Shown here one piece after another: positions 59,025-64,000 of a stretch of DNA of 64,000 nucleotides. The notes under the pieces were generated by a model that was not told the origin of the DNA, ran no database searches, and worked only from the letters and a program-made list of their open reading frames with translations. Position 1 is the first letter of the stretch, and the number at the start of each line of letters is the position of its first letter. Origin of the DNA: Treponemataceae bacterium (GTDB lineage Bacteria; Spirochaetota; Spirochaetia; Treponematales; Rectinemataceae). A program made the translations under genes and the position numbers. The DNA lies in contig CAXXHO010000003.1 of NCBI GenBank assembly GCA_963667725.2, positions 1,440,001 to 1,504,000 on the forward strand, read 5' to 3'.

Positions 59025-60493
59025 AAGCGCCCATCCTTACCATAGCGGCCACGGGTGCAGCCAATCTGGCGTCGGTAAAGGCCATGTGCGCCAGAGCCGG
59101 CGTCGAAGCTCTCGTAACCGAAGATCCCGAGGTCCTCTTCAAGGCCGAGAAAGCCCTGCTCCCCGGCGTGGGGGCTTTCGGCGCCGCGCTCGCTAAGCTA
59201 AGGCGCACCGGCCTCGACAAAGCGCTCGTGGCGCGCGTCGATGCAGGCCGTCCAACGATGGGCATATGTCTCGGCATGCAGATGCTCTGCGCTTCGAGCG
59301 AGGAAACCGTAGGCGTGCCAGGCATCGGCGCCATTCCCTGCGCTGTCAAAAAACTCGAGACCGAGCTTCCCCTGCCCCAGCTGGGCTGGAACAGGGTACA
59401 GCCGGCGGCCGGCGACAGTTTCCTCAAGCCAGGCTGGGCCTATTTCGCCAATTCGTACGTGATCGCAAAGGCGCCGGAAGGCTATGTCTCGGCATCCTGC
59501 GCCTACGGAGAGAAGTTCGCCGCGACGCTGGAAGGCCGCTTCGACGCGGCGACGAAGAGGCCGGAAATTCTGCTCTGCCAGTTCCACCCCGAGCTTTCGG
59601 GCCGCTGGGGACTCGATCTTTTCATGCGCTGGATGGGCCTGGACGGTCTGAAAAGCCTAGGAGGCTTGGAAGACCTGGAGGTCCCGAAAGACTCCGCGCC
59701 GAACATGCCAGCCGAGGAAAAAGGAAGAGGAACCGCCACACGCATCATCCCATGCCTCGACATAAAGGGCGGAAGGGTAGTCAAGGGCGTCCGGTTCGAG
59801 AATCTTGTCGATTCGGGGGCACCGGCCGAGCTGGCCGCGCGCTACGAGGCCGAGGGCGCGGACGAAATCGCCCTCCTCGACATCAGCGCCACGCTCGAGG
59901 AAAGGAAGACAGCGCTCGAGTCGGTAGCCGCCGTGAGGCGATCCGTTTCCATCCCCATATCCGTCGGCGGAGGGATAAAAAGCGTCGAGGACGCCGAAAG
60001 GCTCCTGAACGCCGGCGCCGACAGGGTTTCCGTCAACAGCGCCGCGGTACGCGATCCGGGGCTCATCTCGGCCCTCGCGGAGCGCTTCGGCGTCCAATGC
60101 GTCGTCGTAGCCATCGACGCCCGCCGCAGGGCCGCCAATGAAGCCGAATCATGGGAAGTGGTGATAGACGCCGGCAAATCGGCCACAGGCCTCGACGCTG
60201 TGGAATGGGCGCGGCGCTGCGCCGCCCTCGGCGCCGGCGAAATCCTCCTCACTTCCATAGACAGGGACGGGACGGGACTTGGCTACGATTGCGCCCTCGT
60301 CAAAGCGATCGCCGACGCCGCCCGAATCCCCGTCATCGCCTCGGGAGGAGCCACGAGACCCGAGCATTTCCTCGACGGCGTACGCGCGGGGGCGAGCGCC
60401 GTGCTCGGCGCCGGCGCTTTCCACAGAAAAGAACTGGCGATAGTTGACCTTAAACGTTATCTTTCAGTCTGTAGGGTGGAGGTGAGATCATGA
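59021..60493 (+). CDS. hisHF: Fused imidazole glycerol phosphate synthase HisH-HisF
   Basis: LPGVG, GICLG, QFHPE, then linker, then RIIPCLD, VGGGI and LLTSIDRDG in one frame. Confidence 0.9.
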   Translation: MKAPILTIAATGAANLASVKAMCARAGVEALVTEDPEVLFKAEKALLPGVGAFGAALAKLRRTGLDKALVARVDAGRPTMGICLGMQMLCASSEETVGVPGIGAIPCAVKKLETELPLPQLGWNRVQPAAGDSFLKPGWAYFANSYVIAKAPEGYVSASCAYGEKFAATLEGRFDAATKRPEILLCQFHPELSGRWGLDLFMRWMGLDGLKSLGGLEDLEVPKDSAPNMPAEEKGRGTATRIIPCLDIKGGRVVKGVRFENLVDSGAPAELAARYEAEGADEIALLDISATLEERKTALESVAAVRRSVSIPISVGGGIKSVEDAERLLNAGADRVSVNSAAVRDPGLISALAERFGVQCVVVAIDARRRAANEAESWEVVIDAGKSATGLDAVEWARRCAALGAGEILLTSIDRDGTGLGYDCALVKAIADAARIPVIASGGATRPEHFLDGVRAGASAVLGAGAFHRKELAIVDLKRYLSVCRVEVRS

Positions 60494-61803
60494 TAGTACC
60501 CAGCATCGATATTCTCGGCGGGAAAGCCGTCCAGCTGAGGGGCGGACGCCATCCTTTGCTGGAGGTGGGCGACCCCGAAATCCTGGCGGAAAAACTCTCC
60601 CGGGCGGGAGAAATCGCCGTCGTGGACCTCGACGCCGCTCTCGGCAAGGGATCCAACAAGGCCCTCATCCTCAACCTTGTCTCCAAATATGCCTGCAGGG
60701 TCGGAGGAGGCATCAGGACGAAGGAGCTGGCAGTCGAATACCTGAACGCGGGCGCCCGCGCCGTCATGATAGGGACGAAGGCCACGCCGGAATTCCTTTC
60801 GGGGCTTCCGTCTGAGCGCCTGATCGCCGCCCTGGACACGAACAAGGAAAAAATCATGGTCGAGGGCTGGACCCGCGCGACGGAAGCCGGTCTTTTTGAC
60901 AAGATCGCTGAACTCAAGCCCTATGTGGGCGGATTCCTCGTCACGACCATCGACAGGGAAGGCGAGATGAACGGCTTCGATTTCGAGCGGGCCGCGGCAA
61001 TTGTGGAAGCGGCGAAAGGCGTACGCGTCACCTTCGCGGGAGGCGCTTCGGGAGGCGACGAGGGCGCGGAACAGATCGCCCGCCTCGACGCCATGGGCGC
61101 CGATGTGCAGGCAGGCACCGCCATCGCCACGGGGGCATTGAGCATCGCGAAGGCCTTTTCGGCTCCCCTTTCCTCCGACCGCAGCGACGGACTCTGGCCC
61201 ACCATTGTCTGCGATGAGGGCGGCAGATTCCTCGGCCTCGTCTATTCGGACTTGGAAAGCCTGAACGCTGCCTTCGAAACGGGGCGCGGCGTCTACAAGT
61301 CGCGGTCCAGGGGGCTCTGGATCAAGGGAGAAACCTCAGGCAACGGCCAGCGCTTCCTGCGCGCCGACCTCGACTGCGACCGCGACTGCATCCGCTTCAC
61401 CGTCAAACAGGAAGGGGCGGGGTTCTGCCACCTGGACAGGCGCACTTGCTTCGACGACGGCTATGGCATCGAAAAACTTTCGCGCACGATCACGGCGAGG
61501 CTCAAGGACGCGCCAGAAGGTTCCTATACGAGGCGGCTTTTCAGCGACTCGGGGCTTCTCGCCTCGAAGCTGAGGGAAGAGGCTGACGAGCTGGCGGTGA
61601 CGACAAACGCCAAGGACGCGGCCTTCGAGGCGGCCGATGTGGTCTATTTCGCCCTCGTGAAGGCGCTGCGCGAAGGGGCTAGGCTACAGGACATCGAGGC
61701 CGAGCTGGAAAGGCGCTCCTACAAGGTCCAGAGAAGGCCGGGCAACGCGAAACCTGGCTACGATGCTTCGGATGGAGGTTCGGCATGGACAGGTATCCAT
61801 TGA
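60490..61803 (+). CDS. hisAIE: Fusion of a HisA-like TIM barrel, HisI (PR-AMP cyclohydrolase) and HisE (PR-ATP pyrophosphatase)
   Basis: IVPSIDI..GKAVQL, VVDLDAA, VGGGIR; WIKGETSGN, DCDRD, FCH..RRTCF; GSYTRRLF, KLREEADE, EAAD. Confidence 0.87.
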   Translation: MIVPSIDILGGKAVQLRGGRHPLLEVGDPEILAEKLSRAGEIAVVDLDAALGKGSNKALILNLVSKYACRVGGGIRTKELAVEYLNAGARAVMIGTKATPEFLSGLPSERLIAALDTNKEKIMVEGWTRATEAGLFDKIAELKPYVGGFLVTTIDREGEMNGFDFERAAAIVEAAKGVRVTFAGGASGGDEGAEQIARLDAMGADVQAGTAIATGALSIAKAFSAPLSSDRSDGLWPTIVCDEGGRFLGLVYSDLESLNAAFETGRGVYKSRSRGLWIKGETSGNGQRFLRADLDCDRDCIRFTVKQEGAGFCHLDRRTCFDDGYGIEKLSRTITARLKDAPEGSYTRRLFSDSGLLASKLREEADELAVTTNAKDAAFEAADVVYFALVKALREGARLQDIEAELERRSYKVQRRPGNAKPGYDASDGGSAWTGIH

Positions 61804-63041
61804 GAAGAATCGCGCCCGACGAGATTCCGAGTTCACAGGCACGGCTCTTCTCTCCCGAAGTGGACGCCACGGCGGCTAGAGCCATCGCCGATGTGCGCGA
61901 TTCGGGCGAGAAGGCGCTCAGGGCTTGGGCCGAAAAACTGGGCGAACTGTCGCCCGGCGAATCCCTCGTTCTCGGCAGGGCAGAGCTCGAGGCCGCCTTC
62001 GGGCGCGTGGATCCGGCCGTACGAGAACTGCTGGCGCGCGCGAAAAGCCGCATAGCGGCTTTCGCGGCCGCCCAGCGCTCCTCCCTTTCCGATCTCGACA
62101 TCGTGGTCCCGGGCGGCCGCGCCGGGCACGAGTTCCTGCCCGTCGCGCGCGCCGGCTGCTACGTGCCCGGCGGGCGTTACCCCCTGCCCTCCACCGCCCT
62201 CATGACCGTGACGCCCGCCGTCCAGGCCGGCGTCGGCGAAGTCTGGTGCGCCGGCCCCCGCCCCACCGACATCACCCTCGCCGCCGCCTGCATAGCCGGA
62301 GCCGCGGGCTTCCTGCGCTGCGGCGGAGCCCACGCCATCGCGGCCCTCGCCTTCGGCATCGCCGTACCGCGCTGCGATGTTGTCGTAGGCCCCGGCGGAC
62401 GCTACGTGGCGAGCGCCAAGCGCCAGCTCTTCGGCGCCGTCGGCACCGAGGCCCCCGCCGGCCCCTCCGAACTCCTCGTCGTAGCCGATGGCACCGCCGA
62501 TCCCGATACCGTCGCGGCCGATCTCATCGCGCAGGCCGAACACGACACCGAAGCGGTTCCCATGCTCATCTGCGCCTCAGAACGCTTCGCCGCCGACGTC
62601 GAAGAAGCGCTCGCCTCCCGCCTCGAGACCATGCCAGAGCCCAACAGGACGACAGCCAAGGCATCTCTCAAGAAAGGCTGGGCCCTCGTCACCGCCAACG
62701 ATACGGTAGCCTGCGCCTGCGCCGAGCGATGCGCGCCGGAACACCTGGAACTCATCGTCGACGACCCCGAGTCCTATGCGGCGCGGATCCGGTCGGCCGG
62801 CGCCGTATTCCTCGGCCCCGGTTCCGCTGAAGTCTTCGGCGACTACGGCGCCGGCCCCAACCACACCCTCCCCACCGGAGGCGCCGCCCGTTTCGCGTCG
62901 GGACTTTCGGTCCTGCACTTCCTGCGCGCGCGCACCTGGCTCAACATGGACGACCCTGAAAACCTCGCCGCTGACAGCGCGGCCTTCGCCCGCCTGGAAG
63001 GCCTCGAGGGCCACGCCAGGGCTGCCGAAGCCAGAAAATGA
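61785..63041 (+). CDS. hisD: Histidinol dehydrogenase
   Basis: GCYVPGG, AGPSE, DLIAQAEH, APEHLE and GDYGAGPNHTLPT. Confidence 0.95.
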   Translation: MDRYPLRRIAPDEIPSSQARLFSPEVDATAARAIADVRDSGEKALRAWAEKLGELSPGESLVLGRAELEAAFGRVDPAVRELLARAKSRIAAFAAAQRSSLSDLDIVVPGGRAGHEFLPVARAGCYVPGGRYPLPSTALMTVTPAVQAGVGEVWCAGPRPTDITLAAACIAGAAGFLRCGGAHAIAALAFGIAVPRCDVVVGPGGRYVASAKRQLFGAVGTEAPAGPSELLVVADGTADPDTVAADLIAQAEHDTEAVPMLICASERFAADVEEALASRLETMPEPNRTTAKASLKKGWALVTANDTVACACAERCAPEHLELIVDDPESYAARIRSAGAVFLGPGSAEVFGDYGAGPNHTLPTGGAARFASGLSVLHFLRARTWLNMDDPENLAADSAAFARLEGLEGHARAAEARK

Positions 63042-63078
63042 AAAGAGACAGACCGGGATTCCGGTCTGTCTCTTTTTT
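63041..63078. terminator. Bidirectional intrinsic terminator
   Basis: AAAAGAGACAGACCGG-GATT-CCGGTCTGTCTCTTTTTT. Confidence 0.88.
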
Positions 63079-63134
63079 CGATTCGGTTTTCCAATAAACG
63101 ATTACGCGCTGCGCCTCAGGGCACAACCCTGAAT

Positions 63135-64000
63135 CTAGAAACCGTAAATCCTCGAATACTTCTCTTCCAGATACCTCGTAAAATACGAAGCGTCCAAAGG
63201 CTTTCCCGTCACCTTCTCGAGAAGCTCGCCGGGAAGATAGCTGTTGCCTGGCTTGTGAATGTTCCGCTGCAGCCATCCGCGAACCGGCGCGCAGTCGCCC
63301 GCGCCCAGCCTCTCGCCGAGATCGGGGAGATCCTCATTCATCTTCGACCAGAACTGGGCGGCGTAGAGATTGCCGAGAGCGTAGCTGGGGAAATAACCGA
63401 AGGCGCCCATGGCCCAATGGACATCCTGCAGACAACCCTGGGCGTTGTCCGGCACCTCGAGACCGAGCAGCTCCTTCATCTTCCGGTTCCATGCCTCGGG
63501 CAGATCGGACACGGAAAGACTCCCGCTGATGAGGGCGGCTTCCAGATCGAAACGCAGGATGACATGGAGCCCGTAAGTCACCTCGTCGGCTTCCGTCCTG
63601 ATCAGGCTCGGCTCCACCTTATTGATAGCCCTGATGAAATTCTCGAAGCCGATGCCGTCCAGGGCTCCCTCGGCCATCCCGACGAGCGAGGCGTAGTGAG
63701 GCTTCCAGAACTGGCTTGAACGGCCGATGAGGTTTTCCCACATCCTGGACTGGGACTCGTGCACGGCCATCGATACGGCGTCCGCGAGCTTCGTGCCCCT
63801 GAAATCGGGATGAGGATCGATCCCCATCTCATAGAGAGCGTGCCCGGCCTCATGGACCGTGCTGAAAATGCTCGACGGGAAGTAATCCTCTATATAGCGC
63901 GTCGTTATCCTGATATCGTCCCTGCCCAGGGTCGTCGTGAAGGGATGGGCCGTGATATCGAGCCTGCCCCTGCTCCTGTCGAAACCGATCGCGTCCATGA
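63135..64000 (-). CDS. Carboxypeptidase M32 (Taq-type), C-terminal part
   Basis: HPF, HEAGH, HESQSR, IRTEADE, GCLQDVHW and GYFPSY. Confidence 0.93.
   Translation of the reverse strand, partial: MDAIGFDRSRGRLDITAHPFTTTLGRDDIRITTRYIEDYFPSSIFSTVHEAGHALYEMGIDPHPDFRGTKLADAVSMAVHESQSRMWENLIGRSSQFWKPHYASLVGMAEGALDGIGFENFIRAINKVEPSLIRTEADEVTYGLHVILRFDLEAALISGSLSVSDLPEAWNRKMKELLGLEVPDNAQGCLQDVHWAMGAFGYFPSYALGNLYAAQFWSKMNEDLPDLGERLGAGDCAPVRGWLQRNIHKPGNSYLPGELLEKVTGKPLDASYFTRYLEEKYSRIYGF

Overview
GC-rich bacterial chromosome segment; gene content and protein style suggest a free-living anaerobic spirochaete (inference). It runs from a partial pcrA/uvrD to a partial M32 carboxypeptidase gene. Housekeeping and metabolic genes include glgA, an acyl-CoA ligase, a WecA-like transferase, gcvT-H-PA-PB, ornithine decarboxylase, galK-MFS, a sugar ABC transporter, sigma54-type amtB-glnK, rsmI and a frameshifted TrmH-family gene. 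No rRNA, tRNA, CRISPR array or mobile element was seen. Main highlights: (1) an 11-gene operon at 36.4-47.3 kb joining a TAXI-TRAP importer, an Asp/Glu-racemase-family enzyme and a multi-subunit opine/imino-acid-oxidase-like flavoprotein complex to DapA, Asd and a short aspartokinase, a candidate undescribed pathway linked to aspartate semialdehyde; (2) a his operon with an unannotated His-rich attenuator leader, a HisH-HisF fusion and a HisA-like/HisI/HisE fusion abutting hisD, mirroring fungal HIS7/HIS4; (3) an unannotated 36-aa basic protein with its own promoter, structured leader and terminator; (4) a candidate RNA switch upstream of ornithine decarboxylase. All calls come from motif recognition by eye; no searches were run.
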